From Elusimicrobia bacterium GWA2_66_18 (GTDB taxonomy: Bacteria; Elusimicrobiota; Elusimicrobia; UBA1565; UBA9628): a DNA stretch of 64,000 nucleotides. The stretch's first letter is position 1, and every line of letters starts with the position of its first letter. A program made the translations under genes and the position numbers. The stretch lies in assembly GCA_001799675.1 (NCBI GenBank), contig MGTX01000016.1, positions 9,876 to 73,875 on the forward strand. Direction: 5' to 3'. Under the pieces are notes generated by a model that was given only the letters and a program-made list of their open reading frames with translations, did no database searches and was not told the origin of the DNA. Positions 1 through 9,467 of the stretch are shown in pieces.

Positions 1-1835
1 CCGTCCAATATGCGGTCCTCAGTGTGCGTTGAGAAAGTGGAGTCCGCGGGCCAGTATCCGACCGGTGCGCGAGCATGCGTGTGGACGCCGAGTACGGGCG
101 CGAAGGCGCGTGTGAGCGGTTGGGCGTAGGACGATGCGGTGTATTGAGTTCGCGCCGAAGGCGCGAAGCCGCAACCCCAGGTGGCTCCGAGGGCGACGCG
201 GTCGCCAAGCAGGAGGAACCGCAGGAACGCCAGGGCGGCGGCGATGACGATGACGCAGGCGCCGATGAGTCCGATCAGCCGGGCGTTCGCGACAAAGCCG
301 GCTAACGCCAGGTGCGCCGCTTCCGGCGCCGAGCCGCAGACGACGGCGGCCGCCCTCTCGACAAGGCAGAGAGCGGGACCTGGCCAAAGGCCGATGAAGG
401 CGCAGAGCGCGGCCAGTGCCGCCATGGGAACGATCATCACGGGGCCTGGGTCATGGGCGGACCTGGCGGCTTCGGTTCTTGGAACGCCCAGGCAGAGGAT
501 CCCGTAGGCTTTCGTAAAGCAAGCCAGCGCCAGCCCGCCGATAAGCGCCAGCCCGCCGATCGAGGCAGCGGCAAGCCTTGCCTCGCCGACCGTCACGGCG
601 GAGGTTGACGCCATGTACACCAACCACTCGCTGACGAAGCCGTTGAGGGGCGGTATTCCCGAGATCGCCGCGGCCCCGACCAATGAGAGCGCCGAGGTCC
701 AAGGCATCGCTTTCAGCAGCCCTCCGCCCGCCTCGATCTCCCGCGTGCCGAGCGCTTGGTAGAAGGCTCCGCTGCCTAGGAAGAGAAGCGATTTGAACAG
801 GGCGTGGTTGAGCGTGTGCAGTATTGCCCCCGCGAAACCCAACAGCGCCAGCTCGGGCCTATGATGGGAAAGCCCGAGGCAGCCCAGCCCCAGCCCCAGC
901 GTGATGATTCCGATGTTCTCGACGCTGTGATAGGCCAGCAGGCGCTTTAAATCGTGCTGCGCGAGAGCGAAGAGGACGCCTCCGACCCCGGACACCACGC
1001 CGGCCACGATCAAGACGATCGCCCAAAAATCGGGAACGGAGCGCAGCATCCAGATCAACCGGAGAAATCCGTAAATCCCGACCTTGATGACGACGCCGGA
1101 CATGACGGCCGATACGTGGCTCGGAGCGGCTGGGTGCGCCTCCTGAAGCCAGATATGGAACGGCGCGATGCCGGCCTTCATGCCGAATCCGATCATGCCG
1201 AGCAGCAAGAGCACGACCGACCGGCTCTCTCCGGGAGGCATGATCGTTCTGATGCCCTCAAAATCCAGAGTCCCGGCGGCTTTGCCCAGGATCGAGAACA
1301 AGATGAAGAGGGCCAACGTGGCGGTATGGGTACACACGAAATAAAGGAAGCCCGCGCGCCGCACCTCGGCATGCTCGTCTTCGATGATGACGAGGAAGAA
1401 ACTGGCCAAAGCCATTAGTTCCCAGGCAAATAGAAATAGAATGGCATTTTGGGCGCAGACGACCGCGGCCATGGAAACCGTCAACAGAAGGAACAGCGGC
1501 CTTACCGATTTGCTTTGCGACAGACTGTCGGAACGACGAACGTAGGCTTCTCCGTAGATGCCGGCCAATAAGCAGACTCCGAGTACGGTCAGCAGGAAAA
1601 ATGCCGATAGGCCGTCAAGAGACAAGGCAAGGCGGGCTGAAGGCAAGGACCAGCTTCCGACGAATTCCAATGTCCCGGCTTGCATCCATACGCTGGCCAT
1701 GGCCGCCGCAATACCCGTTACGCAGCCGATAACCAGGGACGCCAAGGAGACCACGGCTGCGACCCTGGGCTGCTGGGCCGTCAGAGCGGAGACGGCAGCG
1801 CCGGCAAGAAGGATCGAGATCGAAACGGTCAGCAT
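1..1835 (-). CDS. Proton-translocating antiporter-like membrane subunit (NuoL/MnhD/HyfB family; hydrogenase-4 component B / formate hydrogenlyase subunit 3-like). Partial: the 3' end runs off the window start
   Basis: Manual minus-strand translation from the ATG at 1835..1833 gives MLTVSISILLAGAAVSA... (>600 aa, polytopic membrane protein). It contains the conserved block WLQEAHPAAPSHVSAVMSGVVIKVGIYGFLR typical of complex-I antiporter-like subunits. An in-frame TAA lies just upstream of the ATG. No stop occurs before position 1, so the ORF is absent from the supplied track. Confidence 0.75.
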   Translation of the reverse strand, partial: MLTVSISILLAGAAVSALTAQQPRVAAVVSLASLVIGCVTGIAAAMASVWMQAGTLEFVGSWSLPSARLALSLDGLSAFFLLTVLGVCLLAGIYGEAYVRRSDSLSQSKSVRPLFLLLTVSMAAVVCAQNAILFLFAWELMALASFFLVIIEDEHAEVRRAGFLYFVCTHTATLALFILFSILGKAAGTLDFEGIRTIMPPGESRSVVLLLLGMIGFGMKAGIAPFHIWLQEAHPAAPSHVSAVMSGVVIKVGIYGFLRLIWMLRSVPDFWAIVLIVAGVVSGVGGVLFALAQHDLKRLLAYHSVENIGIITLGLGLGCLGLSHHRPELALLGFAGAILHTLNHALFKSLLFLGSGAFYQALGTREIEAGGGLLKAMPWTSALSLVGAAAISGIPPLNGFVSEWLVYMASTSAVTVGEARLAAASIGGLALIGGLALACFTKAYGILCLGVPRTEAARSAHDPGPVMIVPMAALAALCAFIGLWPGPALCLVERAAAVVCGSAPEAAHLALAGFVANARLIGLIGACVIVIAAALAFLRFLLLGDRVALGATWGCGFAPSARTQYTASSYAQPLTRAFAPVLGVHTHARAPVGYWPADSTFSTHTEDRILD

Positions 1836-1850
1836 GCCGCGCCCGACATA

Positions 1851-2081
1851 TTAAGCTTGGCCCTGCGCTAGACAATCCAAGACGGCCAGTCTCAGGCCAT
1901 GTCCGATCTTTTCTTCGCCGATATGCACTTGCACTTGTTCGGGATAAGTGGCCACTTTGGCCAGAAGTGCATCGAAGAGAACGCTCTGGTGCTTGACCGC
2001 GGGATAACCGGCCGCCGCCTCGCTAACGGCCTCCTCGAAGAGGTCGTCCCCCAAGAATTCCGTCACGCGATAATTTTTCAT
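1851..2081 (-). CDS. Small hypothetical protein (76 aa), first gene of the minus-strand operon with the antiporter-like subunit
   Basis: ORF MKNYRVTEFLGDDLFEE... lies directly downstream of an AT-rich promoter-like stretch and 15 nt upstream of the antiporter gene. No recognisable motif. Confidence 0.4.
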   Translation of the reverse strand: MKNYRVTEFLGDDLFEEAVSEAAAGYPAVKHQSVLFDALLAKVATYPEQVQVHIGEEKIGHGLRLAVLDCLAQGQA

Positions 2082-2084
2082 TGC

Positions 2085-2160
2085 ACGGAACGATAATTAC
2101 AAGGTTAGCATTAATGCGGCTTAGCATCAATAGCTATAGGAGCATATTATCATATATATA
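2085..2160 (-). promoter_or_regulatory. AT-rich putative promoter region for the minus-strand operon 2081->1
   Basis: Sharp local AT-rich island (ttgcacggaacgataattacaaggttagcattaatg...tatcatatatata) in a 66% GC background, immediately 5' of the MKNYRVT ORF. Confidence 0.25.
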
Positions 2161-2455
2161 GCCTGCGCTGGATACTGCCGCGCCCGTGGAAAGCGCCGCC
2201 CCGCGAAGCGGGACTTGGACGGGCTGTTCGGATCAGTTCCTCGTGCTTGCGAGCCTCGCTCTCGATGAGGTCGCGCTCAGCCTGGCTCAGACGGTTACAG
2301 ACGCGCTTGGGCGTGCTGCTCTCGGCGATGAACGCCTTGATTCCTCGCGCTGCCAAGCGCCGCTTCCATCCGTAGTAGGTCGACGATGGTATCTCGAGTT
2401 CCCGTAGCCGTTGGACCAGCTTGGGCTCGCGCGATAGCTCCTCGACGAGCCTCAC
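2150..2455 (-). pseudogene. Transposase N-terminal (helix-turn-helix) fragment, IS3/IS481-like; truncated
   Basis: 101-aa ORF carrying LRELEIPSSTYYGWKRR, the typical HTH motif of IS transposase OrfA-type proteins. No catalytic domain follows. Confidence 0.5.
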
Positions 2456-2472
2456 CTTCTCCTTCGGGATAT

Positions 2473-2829
2473 GGACTTCAGATCGGGACGGTATTGGCTG
2501 ACGCCGGATACGGGACGGACACGTCGTTTCGAGATGAGATCACGAAGCTGGAACAGATGTATTGCGTGGGTATTCAGCCCGGGATCACCGTGTGGAGACC
2601 AGGTATGACGCCGCTACCGGCGAAGCCTCGTCAGCGGAGAGGACGTCCGCCGACGCTGTTGCAACGCGGTCCTGGGCATGAGCCGGTGAACGTCGGTGAG
2701 GGCGGCGCATCGCGACGAGCGCCGGCAGAAGATGCGAGACATTGCGGTACTGGATCTCTCGGAAGATTTTACGCGAGCTGCCTCGCTGCCCCTGCTGCGG
2801 GTTGGACGTGCGCCGTATTTGACACAGTA
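2473..2829 (+). pseudogene. IS701/IS4-like DDE transposase C-terminal fragment
   Basis: VLADAGYGTDTSFRDEITKLEQMYCVGIQ...RRGRPPTL resembles the conserved C-terminal (E-containing) block of IS701-family transposases. It has no N-terminal half and sits at the front of an artefactual 466-aa ORF. Confidence 0.45.
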
Positions 2830-2832
2830 AGA

Positions 2833-3732
2833 CTAGCGCCCCGGACTCTTGGCCGATACGGCCTTCCGGATAGCCGCGATGTGGGCCGGAGTCGTGCCGC
2901 AGCAGCCCCCGATGATGTTCGCCCCGGCCTCCAGGAGCGCTGCGACCTTCGAGGCCATCAGCTCCGGCGTCTCGCCGTAGACGGCCCTGCCGCCGCGCAT
3001 CTCGGGCATGCCCGCATTGGACTGGACGAGCAGGGGGATGCGGGTGGACCGGAGGAACTCCCGCGCGATCTCGACCATATTGTCTATGCCGTTGCCGCAG
3101 TTGGAGCCGACCACGTCGGCTCCGGCCTTGGCCAGGCCCTCGGCCGCCTGCGCGACCGATACCCCCATGATCGTCCTGTAGCCTTTCTTGGTGCGGTCGA
3201 AGGTCATGGTGGCCATGACCGGGACCCCGGGGGCCGCGGACTTCGAAGCCTCCACCGCCAGAACGGCCTCGCCGAGGTCCGTCATGGTCTCGACGCAGAC
3301 CACGTCGGCCCCCGCCGCGGCGGCCGCCTTGAGCTGCCGGCAGAAGGCTCGGCGAACCTCCTCCGGGTCGGCGTCGCCGTAGGGCTTGAGCATCCTGCCC
3401 GTGGGCCCGCAGGAGAACGAGACCAGGGCCTGGCCTCCCACGGCCCTGCGCACGGCCTCCACGGCCGACCGGTTGACCTCCTCGGTCCTGTCGTCGAGCC
3501 CGTACTGGGCGAGCTTCATGGGCGAGCCGCCGAAGGTGTTGGTCTGGACCAGGTCCGCTCCGGCCTCCAGGTAGAGCCGGGCGATCTCCTCGAGCACCAC
3601 GGGCCTCTCCAGGTTCACCGCTTCCGGGCAGTCCCCGGGCTTCAACCCCCGCTCCTGGAGCATGGTGCCCATGGCCCCGTCCGCGACCAGGACCTGCCCC
3701 GCGCGAAGCCTTTCGAGCAGCCCGGCCGTCAT
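2833..3732 (-). CDS. Methylcorrinoid:homocysteine methyltransferase-like protein (homocysteine-binding domain, PF02574-type; MetH N-terminal-module homolog)
   Basis: 299-aa C-terminal part of the 540-aa track ORF, starting at MTAGLLERL. Motifs GADLVQTNTFGGS and GGCCGTTPAHI match the Hcy-binding (zinc) domain of MetH/BHMT/MmuM. The low-complexity 240 aa upstream in the same ORF overlap the corrinoid gene and are not called. 4-nt ATGA overlap with the upstream gene. Confidence 0.75.
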   Translation of the reverse strand: MTAGLLERLRAGQVLVADGAMGTMLQERGLKPGDCPEAVNLERPVVLEEIARLYLEAGADLVQTNTFGGSPMKLAQYGLDDRTEEVNRSAVEAVRRAVGGQALVSFSCGPTGRMLKPYGDADPEEVRRAFCRQLKAAAAAGADVVCVETMTDLGEAVLAVEASKSAAPGVPVMATMTFDRTKKGYRTIMGVSVAQAAEGLAKAGADVVGSNCGNGIDNMVEIAREFLRSTRIPLLVQSNAGMPEMRGGRAVYGETPELMASKVAALLEAGANIIGGCCGTTPAHIAAIRKAVSAKSPGR

Positions 3733-4406
3733 CGCCCCACCGCGGCCTTGAGGCGGTCCACCGCGCTGGCCGCGTCGAAAGCGTAGAGGTCCGCCCCTAT
3801 CTGCCGGGCGTAGTCCTCGGAGACCGGAGCCCCCCCCACGATGACGCGCAGCTTCCCCGACAGCCCGCGCTTCTTGACCAGGTCCACGACGTCCTTCATG
3901 ACCGGCATGGTGGTCGTCAGCAGGGCGGACAGCCCCAGGAAGCCCGCCTCCTCCCGCACCGCGGCGTCCACGAACGCCTCCGGGATGATGTCCTTTCCCA
4001 GGTCCACGACGTCGAAGCCGGCGCCCTTGAGCATGATGCTGACGAGGTTCTTGCCGATGTCGTGAAGGTCGCCGTGCACCGTGCCCAGGACCACCTTGCC
4101 GATGTTCGGGACCCCTTCCTTGGCGAAATGAGGCTTGAGATGCTTCATGCCGGCGTTCATGGCCTTGGCCGAGAGCAGGACGTCGGGGAGGAACACCTCG
4201 TGCTCCCTGAACTTCACCCCCACCGCATTCATCCCGGCGATGAGGCCCTTGTCGAGGATGTCCCTGGCCTTCAGGCCCTGGCCGAGCGCCTCCCGGGTCA
4301 GTTCCGAGACCGTCTCTTCGTCCCCCTCTTCCAGCGACTGCACGATCGATGCGAGGATCTCCATCCTGCCTCCTAGCGGCGCCCCCGGCAGGTCCGGTGC
4401 GAGCAC
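3729..4406 (-). CDS. Corrinoid (cobalamin)-binding protein, MtgC/MtbC-like
   Basis: 225 aa. B12-binding cap followed by a Rossmann domain with the DxHxxG motif (VHGDLHDIGKNLV). Confidence 0.85.
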   Translation of the reverse strand: MLAPDLPGAPLGGRMEILASIVQSLEEGDEETVSELTREALGQGLKARDILDKGLIAGMNAVGVKFREHEVFLPDVLLSAKAMNAGMKHLKPHFAKEGVPNIGKVVLGTVHGDLHDIGKNLVSIMLKGAGFDVVDLGKDIIPEAFVDAAVREEAGFLGLSALLTTTMPVMKDVVDLVKKRGLSGKLRVIVGGAPVSEDYARQIGADLYAFDAASAVDRLKAAVGR

Positions 4407-5089
4407 CGGCCGCAGAAAGGGAACGCGTTCTTGAACTCGTGGATGCCCGGCTCACCGCAGACCAGCACCCCGGATACGGACTTGAGCGGCTCCATCAGGA
4501 GGCTCTTGCCGAGGGTCACGCCGATCACCTCGGGCTTGAGCAGGTCGAAGAGCCCCCGCTGGGCGCTGATGTGCCACCCGCAGTAGCCGGGGCTGTAGCG
4601 CAGGGTCCTGCGGCTCGAGGGGACCCTCCCTGCCGCGACCAAGGCCCCTCCGAAAGCCTCCTGGACCGCCTCGGCGCAGCGGTCGGCCGCGGCCGACGCG
4701 GCGGCGTCGAGCACGTAGCCCAGCACGAAATCGTCGGCCTCGAAGAGCTCTGCGATGCGGCGGCTGACCGGCCCGCCCAGGGTGATCGCGAACAGGGCCA
4801 TGGCCTGCGCATGGGGGTATATCCCGGCCAGGGGCGTCCGCACCTCGTTGAGGCCCGAGCCACGGAACACGCCGTCGAACTCCGGCATGGAGACCATCTG
4901 GTAGACGGCGGACGGCTCGCAGAGCCTGCCGAGGAGGTCCAGGGCCTTGTCCATGTAGGCGTCTAGCCTCGGGTCCGGCTCGATGTCCCCGGACATCCCC
5001 TGCAGAGCCAGGACCGCGGCCCTTTCCGGGCGGACGCTATCGGGCGAGAATCTCAGGATTTGCCGCATCGTCAAGTCTTCCAGCATCAT
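4373..5089 (-). CDS. MetH activation-domain-like protein (putative SAM-dependent reductive reactivation of the corrinoid protein)
   Basis: 238 aa. RYSPGYCGWHI resembles the RxxxGYxxC SAM-binding motif of the MetH reactivation domain. First gene of the minus-strand corrinoid operon. Confidence 0.5.
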   Translation of the reverse strand: MMLEDLTMRQILRFSPDSVRPERAAVLALQGMSGDIEPDPRLDAYMDKALDLLGRLCEPSAVYQMVSMPEFDGVFRGSGLNEVRTPLAGIYPHAQAMALFAITLGGPVSRRIAELFEADDFVLGYVLDAAASAAADRCAEAVQEAFGGALVAAGRVPSSRRTLRYSPGYCGWHISAQRGLFDLLKPEVIGVTLGKSLLMEPLKSVSGVLVCGEPGIHEFKNAFPFCGRCSHRTCRGRR

Positions 5090-5124
5090 TTTAGCTAAAA
5101 TGTCGCGTCATTAAGGAGGACTCA

Positions 5125-6573
5125 ATGGTCCCGGAAGTTCGCATTTTGAGCGACGAGGAAATCCGGACGCTTCACGGCGCCGCCCTGGATGTCCTCGCTA
5201 AGGTCGGCATCCGCTATGGAAGCAGGCGCTGCCTCGAACTCCTCGAGGCCGAAGGGCAGAAGGTCGACTACGGCTCGGGCATTGCCTGGATCCGCCCGGA
5301 CCTCGTCGAGCGCTGCATCAAATCGACCCCGCGCACCATCACCCTGGGGGGGCGCATCCCAAAGCACGACATGGTGCTCGACGGCTCCTGTCTGCGCGTC
5401 GCGACCAACGGGCAGGCCACCTTTGTGCAGGATCACCGCACGGGCAAGCGCCGCCGAGCATGCGTCCAGGATCTGCGCGATTCCACCCGCATGGGCCATC
5501 ACCTAGACGGCATCGATTACATCTGGCCGATGGTCGTGCCGTCCGATGTCCCCGGCGAGAGCCGAGGGCTGCACGAGATGTACCATTCGTTCGCCTGCTC
5601 GAGCAAGCACATCCAGCACGAGATCCAGGTTCCGGCGCACGTTCCGCTCGCGCTGGAAATGCTCGAGGTCCTGATGGGAAGCAAGGCGGAGGTCCGCCGC
5701 CGGCCTCCGTTCTCGGTCGTGTCGTGCACGGTGTCTCCTCTGCAGCACGAGCCGATGATGGCCGAGTTATCCATCGACCTTGCGCGCGCCGGGATCCCGA
5801 TCGCCGTCTGGCCGATGCCGCTGACCGGCGCGACGGCGCCGCTCAGCGTGCCGGCGACCTGCTTGATGAGCATCGTAGAGTTCCTCTCGGGCGTGGTGCT
5901 TTTCCAGTCGGCGGCGCCGGGCTGCCCGCTGATCTTCCCTTTCGGTCCGGAGATACTCGACATGCGGTCGGGGATGGCGGCCTGCGGCGGGCCGGAGATC
6001 CCGCTGTTCAATCTGATCCTAGGCCAGATGGCCAGGTACTACGATGTCCCGTCCATCGGCGTGGGGCTCAATTCGGACGGCAAGATCCCGGGGATCCAGG
6101 CGGCCTACGAATCGATGCAGACAGGATTGGGGGCGGCTCTCTCGGGGGCCGATCTGCTCGTAGGAGTCGGCGTGCTCGACGACAACAACACGATGTCGCT
6201 GACCCAGATGGTCATTGAGGCCGAGATGGCCCGGATGGTCAAGCGCGTGCGCAGCGGCGTGACGGTCAACAGCGCGACCCTGATGACCCACCTGATCGAA
6301 AAGGCGGGACCGGGGCAGGACTACCTCGGATTCAAGGAGACCCGCGATGGGCTGCGGCGAGGCGAGGTCTTCTTCCCGGGATTCGGCTACCGCAACAGCT
6401 ACGACCAGTTCTTCAAGGACGGCCGCGACGAGCTCGACGCGGCCCGAGCCGAGGTCGAGCGCCTGCTCGCCATGCCCGACCCGGACCCGCTCCCACCCGA
6501 GGTCGACAGCGAGCTCAGGCGCATCGTCGCCGCGGCCGACAAGGCATGCTCCGTGCCGGCGTCTCACCAATGA
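5125..6573 (+). CDS. MttB-superfamily substrate:corrinoid methyltransferase (non-pyrrolysine; quaternary amine/glycine-betaine-type MtgB-like)
   Basis: 482 aa. N-terminus RILSDEEIRTLHGAALDVLAKVGI is typical of trimethylamine methyltransferase family proteins. No in-frame amber codon. Divergently transcribed from the corrinoid protein operon. Confidence 0.8.
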   Translation: MVPEVRILSDEEIRTLHGAALDVLAKVGIRYGSRRCLELLEAEGQKVDYGSGIAWIRPDLVERCIKSTPRTITLGGRIPKHDMVLDGSCLRVATNGQATFVQDHRTGKRRRACVQDLRDSTRMGHHLDGIDYIWPMVVPSDVPGESRGLHEMYHSFACSSKHIQHEIQVPAHVPLALEMLEVLMGSKAEVRRRPPFSVVSCTVSPLQHEPMMAELSIDLARAGIPIAVWPMPLTGATAPLSVPATCLMSIVEFLSGVVLFQSAAPGCPLIFPFGPEILDMRSGMAACGGPEIPLFNLILGQMARYYDVPSIGVGLNSDGKIPGIQAAYESMQTGLGAALSGADLLVGVGVLDDNNTMSLTQMVIEAEMARMVKRVRSGVTVNSATLMTHLIEKAGPGQDYLGFKETRDGLRRGEVFFPGFGYRNSYDQFFKDGRDELDAARAEVERLLAMPDPDPLPPEVDSELRRIVAAADKACSVPASHQ

Positions 6574-6577
6574 CCGC

Positions 6578-7948
6578 ATGACCTCCGCGCGCCGGCGGCT
6601 GGGTTTTTTACCGCTCGTCGGGGTGGTCTTCTGTCTCTCCTCCTCGGGGCCGTTCGGCATCGAGGAGATGGTCGCCGCCTCCGGCCCCGGCCTGACCATC
6701 CTCATGCTGCTCGCCATTCCTCTGCTCTACGGCCTTCCGCTCGGCCTGGCTGTCGGAGAGATGAACGGCCGATTCCCGGTGGAGGGCGGCTACTACCGCT
6801 GGATACGCGCCGTGTTCGGCGATGTCTGGGGATTCCAGGCGGGGTGGGGCGCGTGGCTCGGGTCCTTCTTCGATGGAGCCGCTTACGCCGTGCTGGTGGC
6901 GGAGTATTTGCAGCCGCTCCTGCATATGACTCCGATGGCCGGAATCCTCGACGCCCACCCGTTCCTGGCGCGACAAGCGATCTGCCTCGGGGTGATAGGA
7001 TCCTGCACCCTGGCCAACTTGCGCGGCATCAAGCTGGTCGGCTGGTCGACCCTCGTCTTCATGATCTTCGTGATCAGCCCGTTCGTGGTGATGTGCGCCA
7101 TGGGGGCGACGCATTGGGAACATAATCCGATGCTCCCCATCAAACATCCCGACATCGGATGGGGACCGGCGCTCGGGATCGGCGCGATGCTCTGCATGTG
7201 GAACTACAGCGGCTACGAATCGCTGTCGACCGCTGCCGAGGAGATCGAGGATCCGCGGCGCAACTACTTCAAGGCGGTGCTTATCTCCATCTGCCTGTCA
7301 GTGCCGATCTATCTCTTGCCGATGCTGACGATGCTCGCCACGACTCCCGACTGGACCGCGCTCAAGGCGGGCGCCTACCCTGCAGCCGCCGGATTCATCG
7401 GAGGTCCGGCGCTTGGAGTGTGGGTCGGGCTGGCCGGGGCGGTCAGCAACCTGGCTCTCTTCAACGCCTACACGCTGGTCTACTCGCGCATCCCGTTCGC
7501 CATGGCCCAGGACGGCTTCCTGCCGAAAGCCCTGTGCCGCACTCATGCCAGGTTCGGGACCCCCTGGGTGTCGCTGCTGTTCGGGGCCGCCGTCTACTCC
7601 CTCCTGACGTTCCTCTCGTTCGCCGAGCTGATCGTCATGGAAGTGTGGCTCTTCTCAGTCATCTATATCCTGATCTATCTGGCCCTATGGGTCCTGCGCC
7701 GGCGCGAGGGCGGCGGCCCCCCCGCAGCCGCGCCGGGCGGCGAGGTCCGCTTCACTCTGCCCCTCGGCTCGCGCGGCATCTGGCTGGTGATCGGGCCGCC
7801 CATCCTGCTGATCCTGGCCGGCATGTTCGGCAGCGGACCGGAGTACATCCTCTTCGGCGGACTTGCGCTGGCGAGCGGCCCGGCGATCCTCGGGATCAGC
7901 CGCATCATTCGCAGGCTTCGCCGGGCCCGATCGACCGGCGCCGCCTGA
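6578..7948 (+). CDS. APC-superfamily amino acid/organocation permease
   Basis: About 12 predicted TM segments. Start chosen at MTSARRRLG (ATG 6578), 4 nt after the MttB stop. The track ORF beginning at 6347 overlaps mttB and is rejected. Placement suggests uptake of the MttB substrate. Confidence 0.7.
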   Translation: MTSARRRLGFLPLVGVVFCLSSSGPFGIEEMVAASGPGLTILMLLAIPLLYGLPLGLAVGEMNGRFPVEGGYYRWIRAVFGDVWGFQAGWGAWLGSFFDGAAYAVLVAEYLQPLLHMTPMAGILDAHPFLARQAICLGVIGSCTLANLRGIKLVGWSTLVFMIFVISPFVVMCAMGATHWEHNPMLPIKHPDIGWGPALGIGAMLCMWNYSGYESLSTAAEEIEDPRRNYFKAVLISICLSVPIYLLPMLTMLATTPDWTALKAGAYPAAAGFIGGPALGVWVGLAGAVSNLALFNAYTLVYSRIPFAMAQDGFLPKALCRTHARFGTPWVSLLFGAAVYSLLTFLSFAELIVMEVWLFSVIYILIYLALWVLRRREGGGPPAAAPGGEVRFTLPLGSRGIWLVIGPPILLILAGMFGSGPEYILFGGLALASGPAILGISRIIRRLRRARSTGAA

Positions 7949-8152
7949 CTGTTCGTGCTCGATGTCGGAGGCCGGACTTGACATCTTGACTACGCCGCGT
8001 TGGTTACAAACTTCTTGACGGCCTTCTCGCTTAACGGCCGTTTGCGCGGGGCGTCCGGGCGATGTTCCTATTTCAAGCCACCGGGACGGACGCCCGCGCC
8101 CGTAAAGTCCCGGACAAACCCGCCCTCGGCCGGCAGCATTTTCCGGATCATC

Positions 8153-8464
8153 TCACTGAGCCTCGCGTACCGGCGACCAAAAGGCGCTCACGATGATGAT
8201 CGGCACCCGGACGCCGCGCTCGGCAAGCTTGCCGCAGAACTGGTGTCCGTCCATCCGCGGCATCATCAAATCCAGCGCGATGAGATCGGGCTGGAATTGG
8301 TCCAGTATGGTGAGGGCGGTCAATCCGTCCGGGGCGCCCGCGACGTCAAAGCCCGCCGCGCTCATAGTGACTCGAAACAACTCTCGAAGCATCTCGTCAT
8401 CGTCGACGATGAGGATGCGCTGTTTGGGGGGCTCATCCCCGTCGCCGGGAAGAAAGTCGGTCAC
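8153..8464 (-). CDS. Single-domain response regulator (CheY-like receiver)
   Basis: ILIVDDDEMLRE...DLIALDLMMPRMDG receiver signature; 103 aa. Confidence 0.75.
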   Translation of the reverse strand: MTDFLPGDGDEPPKQRILIVDDDEMLRELFRVTMSAAGFDVAGAPDGLTALTILDQFQPDLIALDLMMPRMDGHQFCGKLAERGVRVPIIIVSAFWSPVREAQ

Positions 8465-8612
8465 CTTCCCAGTGTAGCCGTTTCCCGGTAAACATCCAGG
8501 AAATTTCCGGTGAACTTTGGCGGCATCGGGCGACCGGCTTGACCGACGCGACGGGAATTTTCGATACTCCTCACAGGATGAGGCCCGCGCTCGCGTCGGA
8601 CAGGAGGCGCTC

Positions 8613-9467
8613 GTGATCTTAACGCGCGCAGCGCTCGCGATCGTGCTCGGTATTTTTTGCGGCCGTTCTCACGCGGCTGATTGGATTTCCGCGCAGACCG
8701 TGGGAATCCTGGTATCGCAAAGCCGCGAACTCGCGCGTTTGCGCGCCGCCTATGTCCGCAAGCCTGCCGGCGAGGAACTTCTGACGCGCGCCGATGCGGC
8801 CTTTCACGCGGGTCACTATTGGGAGATGCGGCGACTGATCATTAAAGTTGTCGATCTCGATCCGCAGGACGATGCGACCCTGGGCACGCTGGCCTACATG
8901 ATATCCATGTATCGATCCGACGGAGACACGGCCGACGGCAAGGAAAACGTTCGCTACGCCGTGTCGGACTTCGCGGACCTGGGAGGACTCACGCACAAAG
9001 ACCTGCTGCAGGTCGTCATGGATCCGACCGAGGACCGTTTCGCCAAAGCGCGCGCCGTTCTCGATTGGGGAGAGCATTTCAATCGCGCGAATCCGGACTT
9101 CTATCTGGAATACGCAGAATATATCGGTTATGGGGCCGGCTCCTACCACAAAGCGCACGCGAACAACGACCGGGCCTTCGAGGAGTTTCGGGCGGGCGTC
9201 GATGCCTATCAAAAAGCCCTCAACCTGATTGGCGCCCGGCCGTCCCGGCAGGCCCGCAAACCGGAGATGATGCTTGTGCGCGACCAAGCCAACCTCTGTC
9301 TGCGCCTAATCGAGTTGATGCCGGAGCGAGGCGCTCCTTACCGTGCGCTCGCCGCAAGAAACTACCGCCGCATCCTGGCCTCGCCTCTGGCAGGCGACAG
9401 CCTTAAAGAGTCGGCTCGCCGCCATTTGACCGAACTCGGCGAGCCCGCGCCCGCCTTAAGCCGCTGA
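8613..9467 (+). CDS. Hypothetical secreted protein or lipoprotein
   Basis: Track ORF 8517..9467. A probable GTG start gives the signal peptide MILTRAALAIVLGIFCG (lipobox-like LGIFC). No conserved domain recognised. Confidence 0.4.
   Translation: MILTRAALAIVLGIFCGRSHAADWISAQTVGILVSQSRELARLRAAYVRKPAGEELLTRADAAFHAGHYWEMRRLIIKVVDLDPQDDATLGTLAYMISMYRSDGDTADGKENVRYAVSDFADLGGLTHKDLLQVVMDPTEDRFAKARAVLDWGEHFNRANPDFYLEYAEYIGYGAGSYHKAHANNDRAFEEFRAGVDAYQKALNLIGARPSRQARKPEMMLVRDQANLCLRLIELMPERGAPYRALAARNYRRILASPLAGDSLKESARRHLTELGEPAPALSR

Larger units (their letters stand above)
2150..2829. mobile_element. Degenerate insertion-sequence remnants (two unrelated transposase fragments in opposite orientation)
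   Basis: Two truncated transposase fragments back-to-back between the hydrogenase-like operon and the corrinoid methyltransferase operon. No intact inverted repeats identified. Confidence 0.45.

Noticed and set aside
2386-3786. 466-aa plus-strand ORF
   Set aside because: Only its first ~115 codons resemble a transposase fragment. The rest is low-complexity Gly/Arg/Pro sequence antisense to the well-supported Hcy-methyltransferase gene (2833..3732), so it is a high-GC frame artefact.
2833-4455. 540-aa minus-strand ORF taken as a single gene
   Set aside because: The N-terminal 240 aa are Arg/Gly low-complexity and overlap the clearly real corrinoid-protein gene in another frame. Only the C-terminal 299 aa (Hcy-binding domain) are called.
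6347-6577. N-terminal extension of the permease ORF overlapping mttB
   Set aside because: It is Ser/Thr/Arg-rich low complexity in a frame overlapping the MttB C-terminus. ATG 6578 sits 4 nt after the mttB stop and gives a sensible hydrophobic N-terminus.
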